Below are positions 10,028 through 20,400 of a stretch of DNA of 64,000 bases, in pieces. The number at the start of each line of letters is the position of its first letter. The stretch's first letter is position 1. The notes beneath the pieces are model-generated. The model did not search any database, was not told where the DNA came from, and was given only the letters and a program-made list of their open reading frames with translations. The DNA is from Coprococcus sp. (lineage in GTDB: Bacteria; Bacillota; Clostridia; Lachnospirales; Lachnospiraceae). The stretch covers positions 551 through 64,550 of the forward strand of contig JBNMKK010000006.1 of assembly GCA_050874325.1 (NCBI GenBank), written 5' to 3'. The position numbers were made by a program, and so were the translations under genes.

Positions 10028-12136
10028 TTACATACCCTTTTGAAGAGGTTCATTGAGTTTCTCTGTTCCCGGAAGAACAAATCTTCCATCCTTTATGATG
10101 GCAGTCTCCGTGCCATCCGGATGTACTGCATATATACCGCCTATCTCATCATATGGAATCGTTATATCTGTATGACAATTGAAATATGCCTTCGCCAGAT
10201 CTGTCTTTCTCAGTATAGAGCACTCATTATCCTTTGCGACTATCTCCTTGCCATCTGGGTTATAGAGTCTGTTGTCCTCACTCCAGCTATAACATGTATC
10301 TCCCACCGCAAAATGCGGTCCCATCTTCTCTACTATAAGGATCGGAAGTTTGTAGACAATATTGTATTTGTTCGCCATCACATACGCTGTGGTGTTCGTT
10401 CCTATGGCAAATTCTCCTATAGGCAGTGTATCCCTGCCGCCGAGGAGATTCTCACGAATGAACTTCTGGTTCATGTCATGGTCGCTGTAGTTATCGCAGT
10501 CATATCCTGCAATCTTTCCATCCTCGAACTTAAGCTTGAGGTTCACATACCTAAGTCCATCCAGATACACCTCACTTACATTTAGAACACCATGAGTTCC
10601 TGTGAGTTTCGGAGATGTAAACACCTCGCCAACCGGGATATTGACATCCGCGACACAGTTTTCAAATTTTGTCTCTTTTTCAGGATCTGCCAACTCATGC
10701 AGCATGACCAGCATATCTGTCTCATTGGCACCTTTGCCCACAACTCTCACTCGTTCCGCCTTGTCCAGCTCATCTATTATACTCTGATGGATCGTCCTGA
10801 ACAGATCGTTGTCAAGAGTGTTGATCTTCACCGTATCTTTGAATATATCGCGGTATCTGTCACCGATCTCCGGTATTGGATATGCGATTATAGTAAAGCT
10901 GCATTTGTCCTGCGCAATATATTCATTTACTATCTGTGCTCTCTCTGTGCGATACTCAACCTGGATCTCCTGCTGCTTTTTGTCAAGCGATGGATTTGCA
11001 TCACTTGATACAGGCTCAAATGGATCCTCACCGAACACCTCTATAACCGCAGGTCCTGCATATACCGCAGCCTCGTGCGCAAGATTTTTATATGCCTGTC
11101 TGAGAACTTCCAGTTTTCTCTCCATGAGTTTTTTGTCAAGGAATAAAGCTTCATCCATTCTGTGATCGTATTCAAGCTGCTTGTTCGGAACCGTTGAGGA
11201 ATATCCCACCCTGCTGATGAGTCTTCTGTTTATACGTGAGACAGCATATCTGTAACATATAGGTTCAAGCCCCATTGCACGGAATTGCTCTATGGCTGCC
11301 CTCACTATCCTCTCCTGTCCAAGGAAGTATCTTATGTTCACCGTCTTCTTTGCTGAGAGATCTATCTTGGCAGCCTCGAACCCAAGCCTGTACCCCTCAG
11401 TATATGTTCTCGCCATCGCGTCAATCTCTTCATCTGTAAATGTGCTGAGATATATCGCCGTATCGATCTCATTTTTACTGATGTACTCACCGTACTTATA
11501 GAGATACGACACATCCTCAAGATCACTGTTCATGATTATGTCCGTTGCAAATGTAAGGTCAGGACTTAACTGTTCCCTTATCCTGTATGACATAAAAAAC
11601 TCAGCATAATCATTTTCAAAGTAGTATATAACTGACTCGAGATCTTTGGCAGTAAAGTCATCCTGAAACATAAAATATATCTGGACAAACAGCTCCGCGA
11701 GCAATGTTATGTCAACTATTCTACCCTCAAATGCATATACTGTCATGCCCCTTATCTCGTTGTATACAAAGCCAAGTAGCTGGGCAATCTTCTTTACCTC
11801 TTCCTTATCCCTTGAGTAATCCTTTATAAACTCATCTGCGATATATCTGTAATTGGCATAACTCTTATTATAGTTGTCCCCCAGAATATCACTGTAAAGG
11901 CCATGGTTCATTGCCTCAAGCTGTGACAGGCTCCTGTCAGACAATGCATCTTCCCTTACCAGTTCGAGCACATCACCTATACGTGTTATAAAAGCTGCCA
12001 CACAGGCAAAGTAACTTCCATACGGCTGTTTTACGACCGACTCGTGTGTTATCTGTCTTATCCTGCCAAGCACCAGTTCGTATCGCTCTTCTATGTCATC
12101 AAACTCTTCTATAAAATTGTCATAATAATTCATCAA
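10028..12136 (-). CDS. Aminopeptidase, M29 (AmpS/PepS-like) family with a long N-terminal extension
   Basis: C-terminal NIPVGEVFTSP, IGEFAIGTN, EKMGPHFAVG, HTDITI. Confidence 0.85.
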   Translation of the reverse strand: MMNYYDNFIEEFDDIEERYELVLGRIRQITHESVVKQPYGSYFACVAAFITRIGDVLELVREDALSDRSLSQLEAMNHGLYSDILGDNYNKSYANYRYIADEFIKDYSRDKEEVKKIAQLLGFVYNEIRGMTVYAFEGRIVDITLLAELFVQIYFMFQDDFTAKDLESVIYYFENDYAEFFMSYRIREQLSPDLTFATDIIMNSDLEDVSYLYKYGEYISKNEIDTAIYLSTFTDEEIDAMARTYTEGYRLGFEAAKIDLSAKKTVNIRYFLGQERIVRAAIEQFRAMGLEPICYRYAVSRINRRLISRVGYSSTVPNKQLEYDHRMDEALFLDKKLMERKLEVLRQAYKNLAHEAAVYAGPAVIEVFGEDPFEPVSSDANPSLDKKQQEIQVEYRTERAQIVNEYIAQDKCSFTIIAYPIPEIGDRYRDIFKDTVKINTLDNDLFRTIHQSIIDELDKAERVRVVGKGANETDMLVMLHELADPEKETKFENCVADVNIPVGEVFTSPKLTGTHGVLNVSEVYLDGLRYVNLKLKFEDGKIAGYDCDNYSDHDMNQKFIRENLLGGRDTLPIGEFAIGTNTTAYVMANKYNIVYKLPILIVEKMGPHFAVGDTCYSWSEDNRLYNPDGKEIVAKDNECSILRKTDLAKAYFNCHTDITIPYDEIGGIYAVHPDGTETAIIKDGRFVLPGTEKLNEPLQKGM

Positions 12137-12161
12137 ATGTCCTCTCTTTTCCTGCTTATTA

Positions 12162-12476
12162 TCACAAACCCATCAACAAAAATATTATCGACAATCCAAA
12201 CACTATTCCATTCAATATGATTGCCATCTTCTTGCCCGTTATTCCACCATTATCAGCTCTGTATCCTATCACTGAGAATACTATTCCTGTAAATGCCATT
12301 ATCAGGGCACTGACCATAAGGACTCCATACACTCTCTGAACTTTTCCCTGTGTCAGTATTGACTTTATTATGGAGATGATGATAAACAATCCACCAAAAC
12401 CTCCAAGAAAGTATCCTATTATCGTGTCCGTCGGCATACCTGGTGCCGATACCCTGAATTCTTTACTTCTTTGCAT
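12162..12476 (-). CDS. Small three-TM membrane protein (DUF6142-like, by size and context)
   Basis: Three hydrophobic segments; start moved to ATG 12476 after AGGAGA; overlaps the end of the VanZ gene. Confidence 0.65.
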   Translation of the reverse strand: MQRSKEFRVSAPGMPTDTIIGYFLGGFGGLFIIISIIKSILTQGKVQRVYGVLMVSALIMAFTGIVFSVIGYRADNGGITGKKMAIILNGIVFGLSIIFLLMGL

Positions 12477-12927
12477 GATATCTCCTAAGCAGCTTTGCTG
12501 TGACATAATATATACAATAGCCAATAAGTCCCCCCAGCGTATTCATGATAATGTCATCGACATCAAACACGCCAAGTTTCGTTATGTACTGGGCAGTCTC
12601 AATGGCAAGCGTGAACATAAGTGAATACAACAACGCCTGCCAAAACGTCGTATTTTTATTTCTCGCCCATCTGAGCAGCATGCCAAATGGTATAAATGCG
12701 ATAATGTTACCGTACAGGTTCAGAAAAACACTCCAGCCTGACATCTGATCCCTGTATACTATAAATCTTTCTATCTCCTGCAGTGGATGAAGATTATATC
12801 TTCTTTCGTCATATCCGTTTCTTCCAAACATATCACTGAAAATAAGGAAATAAACGATACAGATTATATAAAGCACAAACAGCACAAAACATATCGTCCT
12901 GAGCTTTTTTCTATCTATTTGCTTCAA
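12463..12927 (-). CDS. VanZ family membrane protein
   Basis: NL.P, NLYGNIIAFIPFG, IETAQYITKLGVFDVDDIIMNTLGG. Confidence 0.9.
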   Translation of the reverse strand: MKQIDRKKLRTICFVLFVLYIICIVYFLIFSDMFGRNGYDERRYNLHPLQEIERFIVYRDQMSGWSVFLNLYGNIIAFIPFGMLLRWARNKNTTFWQALLYSLMFTLAIETAQYITKLGVFDVDDIIMNTLGGLIGYCIYYVTAKLLRRYHAKK

Positions 12928-12947
12928 GATAACACTCCTACTATGAC

Positions 12948-14159
12948 TTAATCAGCAGAACGCATCTCCATTATCCTGTCCAGGAGTCTGTCTGCACATT
13001 CTTCCTTTGACATCATTGGCAGTTCACTGATCTCGTCATTCGTTATAAGAGTGAGAACGTTGGTGTCTACACCAAATCCCGCTCCCGCGACCTTTAAATT
13101 ATTTGCCGCTATCAAATCTATATGTTTAGAATCGATCTTTTTTCTGGAGTTCTCGATGAGATCCCTAGTCTCCATCGAAAAACCGCAGATGATCTGATTC
13201 TTTATCCCCTCTTCCATTCTCTGGGTTCCAAGTGCAAGAAGTATATCCTTTGTCCTGCAAAGAGGTATACTCATGTCGCCATCACTTTTCTTTATCTTGT
13301 GTTCAGCGATCTCCTCTGGTCTGTAATCAGCCACCGCAGCAGCCTTTATGATCACATCCTGTTCCCTGCTCCTGGACATTACCGCATCATACATGTCCTG
13401 TGCTGACGTTATGTCGACCACATTCACAAATCTCGGCGGTTCTATCTCAACCTTGCCTGTGACAAGTGTGACATCGGCTCCCCTTAGCATCGCCTGTCTT
13501 GCTATGGCATATCCCATCTTGCCCGTTGAATGGTTGGTGATATATCTGACAGGATCAATCGCCTCCCTGGTAGGACCCGCCGTAACAAGCAGTTTCACGC
13601 CTGCCATATCCTTTTCCTTTGCAATTGCCTTCAGTATATAATCCTGCAGCACCTCCGGATCGGGAAGCTTTCCCTTTCCGGTGTCGCCACATGCAAGATA
13701 TCCACAGGAGGATTCCACTATCTCGTATCCGTATGATGCAAGCTTTTTGATATTGTCCTGCACTATCGGATTCTCTATCATTCCGGTATTCATAGCCGGT
13801 GCTATTATCTTCGGACACTTTGCTGGCATGATAGTAGTGCTTAGCATGTCGTCAGCTATTCCGCCGGCTATCTTGCCTATGATATTCGCTGATGCCGGAG
13901 CTACCATGAACACATCCGCACGCTTTGCAAGTGCTACATGCTCAACATTGAACTGAAAATTTCTGTCAAACGTATCCACCAGACACTTGTTTCCGGTAAG
14001 TGTCTCAAATGTGATAGGATTGATAAAATTAGTAGCGTTTTCCGTCATTATCACATGCACATCCGCATGTTTTTTCACCAGCATACTGGCAAGATTTGCT
14101 ATCTTATATGCCGCAATACTTCCCGTAACACCGAGAACAACCGTCTTTCCTTTTAACAT
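12948..14159 (-). CDS. coaBC: Bifunctional phosphopantothenoylcysteine decarboxylase/ligase
   Basis: GVTGSIAAYK, HVALAK, PAMN, LACGDTGKG, TAGPTRE.IDPVRYITNHSTGKMG. Confidence 0.97.
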   Translation of the reverse strand: MLKGKTVVLGVTGSIAAYKIANLASMLVKKHADVHVIMTENATNFINPITFETLTGNKCLVDTFDRNFQFNVEHVALAKRADVFMVAPASANIIGKIAGGIADDMLSTTIMPAKCPKIIAPAMNTGMIENPIVQDNIKKLASYGYEIVESSCGYLACGDTGKGKLPDPEVLQDYILKAIAKEKDMAGVKLLVTAGPTREAIDPVRYITNHSTGKMGYAIARQAMLRGADVTLVTGKVEIEPPRFVNVVDITSAQDMYDAVMSRSREQDVIIKAAAVADYRPEEIAEHKIKKSDGDMSIPLCRTKDILLALGTQRMEEGIKNQIICGFSMETRDLIENSRKKIDSKHIDLIAANNLKVAGAGFGVDTNVLTLITNDEISELPMMSKEECADRLLDRIMEMRSAD

Positions 14160-14160
14160 T

Positions 14161-15006
14161 TTATAACTCCTCTATAAAGTTATCTATAAGTCTCGCCTTG
14201 CCAAACTTTACTGCCATGGCACAGAGTACATGTCCCTCCGCCTTCTCGATGGACTGCATGGTATCCATGTTGACCATCTCCACATAGTCTATTGTGGCAA
14301 GCGGCTCTGCTGATATAAGCTCCTTCATAGCTCCGACTATCTTTGCTGCCTCACGCTCACCGTCAGCTATCATCTGCTGTCCAAGCTTTACTGCCTTGCT
14401 GAGAACAACAGCAGCTTTTCTCTCTTCAGCTGTCAGATATATATTTCTTGAACTCTTCGCAAGACCGTCTGCCTCCCTGATTATAGGACAGCCAACTATC
14501 TCTATATCAAAGTTCAGATCTTTTACCATTCTCATGATTATGGCAAGCTGCTGCGCATCCTTCTGTCCAAAATATGCTCTGTCAGGTGTCACTATGTTGA
14601 AAAGCTTACCTACAACTGTGCACACACCCTTGAAATGTATAGGTCTTGTCAGACCACAGAGCGCATTTGGAAGACCTGTCATATTTATGAATGAAACAAA
14701 TCCATCAGCATACATCTCCTCAGGTTCAGGATTGAAGATTATATCTGCGCCTGTTGCCTCGCAGAGCTTTGCATCTGCCTCAAGGTCTCTTGGGTAACTC
14801 TCAAGATCCTCATTTGGTCCAAACTGAATAGGATTTACGAACACACTTACAACTGTTCTGTCATTCTGCTCAACCGACTTTTTGATAAGGCTCTGATGTC
14901 CCTCGTGGAGATATCCCATTGTAGGTACAAGACCTACTGTGAGTCCCTGTTTCTTCCATTCCTTTACCTGTGCTCTTACTTCATCTATCTTCTTTAAAAT
15001 AACCAT
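14161..15006 (-). CDS. panC: Pantoate--beta-alanine ligase
   Basis: PTMGYLHEGH, SVFVNPIQF, FGQKDAQQ, DGLAKSSRN, ARLIDN. Confidence 0.97.
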   Translation of the reverse strand: MVILKKIDEVRAQVKEWKKQGLTVGLVPTMGYLHEGHQSLIKKSVEQNDRTVVSVFVNPIQFGPNEDLESYPRDLEADAKLCEATGADIIFNPEPEEMYADGFVSFINMTGLPNALCGLTRPIHFKGVCTVVGKLFNIVTPDRAYFGQKDAQQLAIIMRMVKDLNFDIEIVGCPIIREADGLAKSSRNIYLTAEERKAAVVLSKAVKLGQQMIADGEREAAKIVGAMKELISAEPLATIDYVEMVNMDTMQSIEKAEGHVLCAMAVKFGKARLIDNFIEEL

Positions 15007-15025
15007 GACATTTTTCTCCTGTTCT

Positions 15026-15853
15026 TTAGTATAACTTCTCTATAACTTCATCGTCTATCTTGTATGTGTGCTCCGGTCCCGGGAATGTTCCGGCATTTAC
15101 CTCATCAATATATGCCTTTACAGCCCCTCTCATGGCATCTCCCACATTTGCGAACTGCTTTACAAACTTTGGAACGAAGTCTGAGAACATACCAAACATA
15201 TCCTGATTTACAAGAACCTGTCCATCACAGTATCTTCCAGCGCCAATTCCTATGGTAGGAATACTTATGCTCTCTGTTACGATCTTTGCAAGTTTCTCCG
15301 GAACGCACTCAAGCACAAGCATATATGCACCCGCTGCCTCGACAGCCTTCGCGTCCTCTATGAGTTTCTTTGCCGCTGCCTCGGTCTTGCCCTGAACCTT
15401 GAATCCACCAAATGCGTTGATAGACTGTGGTGTAAGTCCCAAATGTGCACATACAGGTATGCTCGCCTTCACTATGGCACTTATCTGAGGACACATGTCC
15501 TGACCGCCCTCAAGCTTTACCGCTCCGGCACGTCCTTCCTTCATGATCCTTCCGGCATTTACAACCGCATCATAGACACTTGCCTGATATGACATAAATG
15601 GCATATCGGTTACAACCAGGGCATTCTTTGCTCCCCTTGCAACCGCCGCACTGTGATGGATCATGTCGTCAACTGTGACAGATATAGTATCCTCATAGCC
15701 GAGGATAGTGTTGCCCAGTGAATCTCCCACCAGTATCGTGTTGACACCGCATTCATCCAGTATCTTTGCTGTGGTGTAATCATATGCAGTGATCATGGAT
15801 ATCTTCTTGTCTGTACCCTTCATCTGCATAAGTGTCGTCGTTGTGTTCTTCAT
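15026..15853 (-). CDS. panB: 3-methyl-2-oxobutanoate hydroxymethyltransferase
   Basis: [38 protein letters not shown]. Start moved to ATG 15853, which overlaps the upstream stop codon. Confidence 0.97.
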   Translation of the reverse strand: MKNTTTTLMQMKGTDKKISMITAYDYTTAKILDECGVNTILVGDSLGNTILGYEDTISVTVDDMIHHSAAVARGAKNALVVTDMPFMSYQASVYDAVVNAGRIMKEGRAGAVKLEGGQDMCPQISAIVKASIPVCAHLGLTPQSINAFGGFKVQGKTEAAAKKLIEDAKAVEAAGAYMLVLECVPEKLAKIVTESISIPTIGIGAGRYCDGQVLVNQDMFGMFSDFVPKFVKQFANVGDAMRGAVKAYIDEVNAGTFPGPEHTYKIDDEVIEKLY

Positions 15854-16737
15854 AATTTTAATTCTCCTATTCCGTCCAAAACCCGTATCAAATCCCCATA
15901 ATCTCTGTCCGGATGTTTCTTCTGTGCAACCGGCACAAGGCATCTGGAAACCGCAGTATAAACCTGCAGCTCGTCCCCGGAAAGCACAGCCATGTGCTTT
16001 TTCACGGTCTCAATATCACACCTCTCAACAGGTCCGGTCAGACTGTCTACCGGTCCCTTTGCCGCGGCATTTTCCGCATTGCCAAGAAACAACGGCATGA
16101 TCGCCATCTGTGCTTCCTCCTCAGAAAATCCGCACTGTCTCAGAAGTTCCTGTGATGCGGCGAGAAGCCCCGTCACCAGATTGCTGGCAAATACAGCCGC
16201 GCCGTGATATTTAACCTTGTCCTTTCCCGATATCTTCACACATCTGTTGCCGAGGGACTCTATGACTGAGCATATGCTGTCCGCATATCTGTCATCCCCC
16301 TCAACGGTGAAAAACGAATTGTCCAGTTCTTTATAGGATTCGTACTTTGAACTTATTGCATACATAGGATGAATCGAATAACCAAAGGCTCCCGCCTCCG
16401 TTATACCTGAGAAAATGTCTGATGTCATGGCCCCACTGGCATGACAAATAATCCTGCCACGTATGTCAAGATCTCTTAGTCTCCTCCAGACCTCCCCTAT
16501 CTGTCCATCTGGAACAGTAAGGAAGATAACTTCACTTTCACTGCAAAGTTTTTCCAAGCTATTGTACATAACGGTCTCGGTAAATTCTGCTGCGTCCGAG
16601 GCACTCTCACTGTGGGCACTGTAATAACCACTGACTTCAAGCTGAACCTTTTCAGTCTTTGAAACAGCCATCTTTGTGGTAATATATTTGCCAAATGTGA
16701 CTCCTACTTTCCCAGCTCCAATAAATCCAATCCTCAT
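15850..16737 (-). CDS. Rossmann-like plus DUF2520 oxidoreductase, probable ketopantoate reductase (PanG type)
   Basis: [35 protein letters not shown]; first gene of the panB-panC operon. Confidence 0.8.
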   Translation of the reverse strand: MRIGFIGAGKVGVTFGKYITTKMAVSKTEKVQLEVSGYYSAHSESASDAAEFTETVMYNSLEKLCSESEVIFLTVPDGQIGEVWRRLRDLDIRGRIICHASGAMTSDIFSGITEAGAFGYSIHPMYAISSKYESYKELDNSFFTVEGDDRYADSICSVIESLGNRCVKISGKDKVKYHGAAVFASNLVTGLLAASQELLRQCGFSEEEAQMAIMPLFLGNAENAAAKGPVDSLTGPVERCDIETVKKHMAVLSGDELQVYTAVSRCLVPVAQKKHPDRDYGDLIRVLDGIGELKL

Positions 16738-16886
16738 ACAATCACCTGCTTATATACGTCTCTTCAGTATCTGTAAAGTATATGTAATCCTCTGTCTGGC
16801 GGAATAAAATCCAGGTATAGTTTCTTTCGAATACCATCCATTCCACATACTAACATTACCTATTTTAAAAGTAAAGAAACAAAATC

Positions 16887-17381
16887 TTACTTAAACTTCT
16901 CTATTACCTCTTCATTTGCCTTCATCGCTGCCTTTTCCATATCCTTGCGCTCCTGCATAAGTCTGAGCTTTACTGACTCATTGCTCACTCCGATGATCTG
17001 AAGTGCAAGATATGCCGCATTCTTGCTGCCATTTATGGCAACTGTGGCAACAGGTATTCCTGAAGGCATCTGTACTATTGAAAGCAATGCATCCATTCCA
17101 TCTAATGTCGCGCCTGAGAGAGGTACACCGATTACAGAAAGTACTGTCTGTGATGCAACTACACCCGGGAGAGCTGCTGCCATTCCCGCTGCCGCAATGA
17201 TAACCTCTGTACCATTGTTGTTTGCCTCCTCTATAAACTCTGAAAGTCCTGCGTGAGCTCTGTGTGCTGACAGACATCTCACATCCACCTCAACACCATA
17301 GTCCTTAAGTATCGCTACTGCTGGCTCCACCTTTGGAAGGTCACTTGTTGATCCCATGATTATTGCTGCTCTCATTTTCAT
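16887..17381 (-). CDS. purE: N5-carboxyaminoimidazole ribonucleotide mutase
   Basis: IMGSTSD, SAHR, AGMAAALPG, SIVQMPSGIPVATV. Confidence 0.95.
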   Translation of the reverse strand: MKMRAAIIMGSTSDLPKVEPAVAILKDYGVEVDVRCLSAHRAHAGLSEFIEEANNNGTEVIIAAAGMAAALPGVVASQTVLSVIGVPLSGATLDGMDALLSIVQMPSGIPVATVAINGSKNAAYLALQIIGVSNESVKLRLMQERKDMEKAAMKANEEVIEKFK

Positions 17382-17420
17382 TTTCCTCTTTTCTTGATTT
17401 ATATTTTTATAATTTTTATC

Positions 17421-20400
17421 TTATATACTATTCAGATACTGATCTATCATCTCACTTGATGTCTGATAGTCACCGGATGCCACATAATCTTTGAGTGCTG
17501 TGAAAAATTCTGTGTCTATATCTCCATACTGGTATCTGTCAATCTCACTGATAAGGCTCTCCACCGGTTCTCTGTCACCAGCTCTGAGGAACGCCCTCAT
17601 CTCCTTGAGTTTTCCCTTGTTGATGCCATCCCGATATTCCTTTTCTTCAACTTTCTCAACATGGTTTATCTTTGCCATGTATTTGTCTATCTGCTTGAAG
17701 AAATCGTTCATCATCGCAATGAAATCCCGGGTGTTATCCCTGGCATACTGCTGATTTCCTATATTGATAGCGGATTCCAGGTTGGCAGCTTTTCTCTCTA
17801 TTCCATACGCGCCTATATTGGCACTGCTGCTCTTGATGTCGTGGATTATATTCTTATACCTTCTCACATCATCATCTATATAGTTCCTGAGCATCTGAAC
17901 CTCGTCCTTATACTCTTCCATATAGTTTCTCACAAATGTATTGAAGGTCTTGAAACTTCCTCCCATGACTCTCACTGTATCCTCAACCGCGATGAACCGT
18001 CTGAGGAGGACCGCATCCTCCATGTAATTGATATCATCCTCACTCTGGGTGAGATCAGTATTCTTCTCCTTAACCTTATCCACTGCCACATACGTTCTGA
18101 GCATGGACTCCGCCTGATCAAGTTCTATCGGCTTGACTATGATATCATTGAAACCTGATGTGAGTATCTCCTCCCTGGATGTCTCCACAGTATTTGCAGA
18201 AAGTGCCACGATCGGAATCTTCTTGAATTCCTCTCCATCGAGATTTCTTATCTCACGGACAGTGTCGATACCGTCCATTACCGGCATAACCGTGTCTATA
18301 AATACCATATCATATCCGTTGACCATAACCTTATCAAGCGCATCAAATCCTGATGTAGCTGTGTCGCAGTCGAGACCATATGTGTCAAATATAGTCTTTT
18401 CAACCTGCAGTCCTATCTCTGAATCATCAACTATAAGGATCTTTACGTCAGGCAGCCACAAATGTGAATTGGCATTTCTTCTGGCCATCTCCTTACGCTT
18501 TCTTTCATTATAGTTGACATAACTATAGTCAAATACCGACTGTCTGACACTAAACCTGATGGTCGTTCCTGCGCCATATATGCTCTCAACGCTTATGTCA
18601 CCGTCAAGAAGTCTTACAAGCTCCTTTGCTATGGCAAGTCCCAGACTCACCCTGAACATTCCGATATCCGATCTCTCATAGGAATCATCCAGTTCAAACA
18701 TAGTGTCAAGTCTCTCTTCCTTGACTCCGAGTCCTGTATCGGACACCTTGAAATCCAGATATATCTCATCGTGATCACGATCAAATATCCTGGATATCTC
18801 TGTCTCCGGCTCATCTATGTAATCACCATATTCAGAACTGCCAGCCATATCCTCCGGCTCGTGTTCGTCATTTTCCGCAGTTCGCGCCATATGCCAATCC
18901 ACATCTATACTGATGTAGCCTTCCTTTGTCGTGCTGGCAGACCATGTAAATATGTTCTCAATTATCTCACGGATAGCCTGCATGTCACCGATGAGACCAT
19001 TAGGTATCTTGTCCTCTATACTCACCTTGAGATCTATCAGATCTCTGTTGATCATGCCGCCCAGTTCCTCCGACAGTTCCTCTATCAGGTCAGATGCAAA
19101 ATACTGTTTAAACTCTGGATCTATGATATCATCCTTGAGATTTGACAATTTTGATATTCCATCCGACATATCAAGAATCTCTCTTCCGGCTGAATACAAT
19201 CTGCTGTACTGTATATATTCATCACTCTGTGGATCCTGACATCCACGCATTGCAAGCTCCGAAATAGATATGATATTGTTGAGCGGTGTTCTTATCTCGT
19301 GGTTCAGATAGTTTACATAATCATTTTTTGCCTGGTTGGACTTCTCGGCCTCCTCGCTCTTTTTGCTCAGCTCCTCCACCTGTTCATTCTGCTTTCTGAG
19401 GGTCCTGAATATACTCCTGGCAACACCTATTCCTATCAGTATGAGCAGCAGGATCAATACAATTCCAAGCATCTTTGCCAGGTTTGTCTCAAAGAATCCA
19501 AGCTCCTTGTCTATTACAAATGTCAGAGGCTGTTCGCACTCAACACCGTCGGCATTGTTCGCCGTGAGCACAAATTTGTAGGTACCTCCCTCGAGGTTAG
19601 TGTACTCAACCTCCATCTTGTCTGTTCCTGTAAGGGTTCTCTTCTCGCTCTCGAATCCCTCAAGATAATAATTAACATTGATATCCTCTCTGTTTACATA
19701 ACTCAGAACAGAGAACCTGATCGTAATTCTGTTGGTGTTCTTGGGAACGTCTATCTGTCCATCAAGCTCAGATACCGGATATTCCTCTCCATCCACCTCC
19801 ACCGATGCCACTCTGACCTTCGGTGCGATCTCATTCACATATTCAGACTCCAGGTTTATCTTACAAAGGCCCTCATCACAGCACACATATACAGTGCCTG
19901 AATTGGACACGTAGTTAGTGGATTTCTCTGTTATGTTTGATATTATTCCATCATTTTTTGAGAAACTTATAAACTCCGGTGACGCACTGCTCAGTATATC
20001 CTTTTCATAGTACCGATACATTCCTCTTGAGCCAAATATCCACAGATATCCCGTTGAATCCAATATCATATCGTATATACTATTGGTGTTGTCCACGGTC
20101 GTTATCTGTCTGACCGCGCCCTCCTTGTAGTACAGGCCATTATCAGTTCCGATCCACAGACCACTGCTGCCCTGAACCATACTTGTGACAACGCTCATCT
20201 TCTGGTTATCTTCGAGTGCCATATTTGTCACTCTGTAGTCTTTGTTTATGATGTATATACCTGCCCCATTTGAGCCTGCATACAGATCACCATTCTCAGA
20301 CATATACAGGCTGATAATATCAGGATTGTCAAGTCCATCCATTCTGGATATATTCCTGATCACCTCATCGGTTCCCACTATGGATATACCATTCTCAGTT

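Noticed and set aside
16738-16886. pan RNA motif or other regulatory RNA upstream of the pan operon
   Set aside because: Only a weak GGTAT/ATACC hairpin with a GAAA loop; cannot be supported without a covariance model search.
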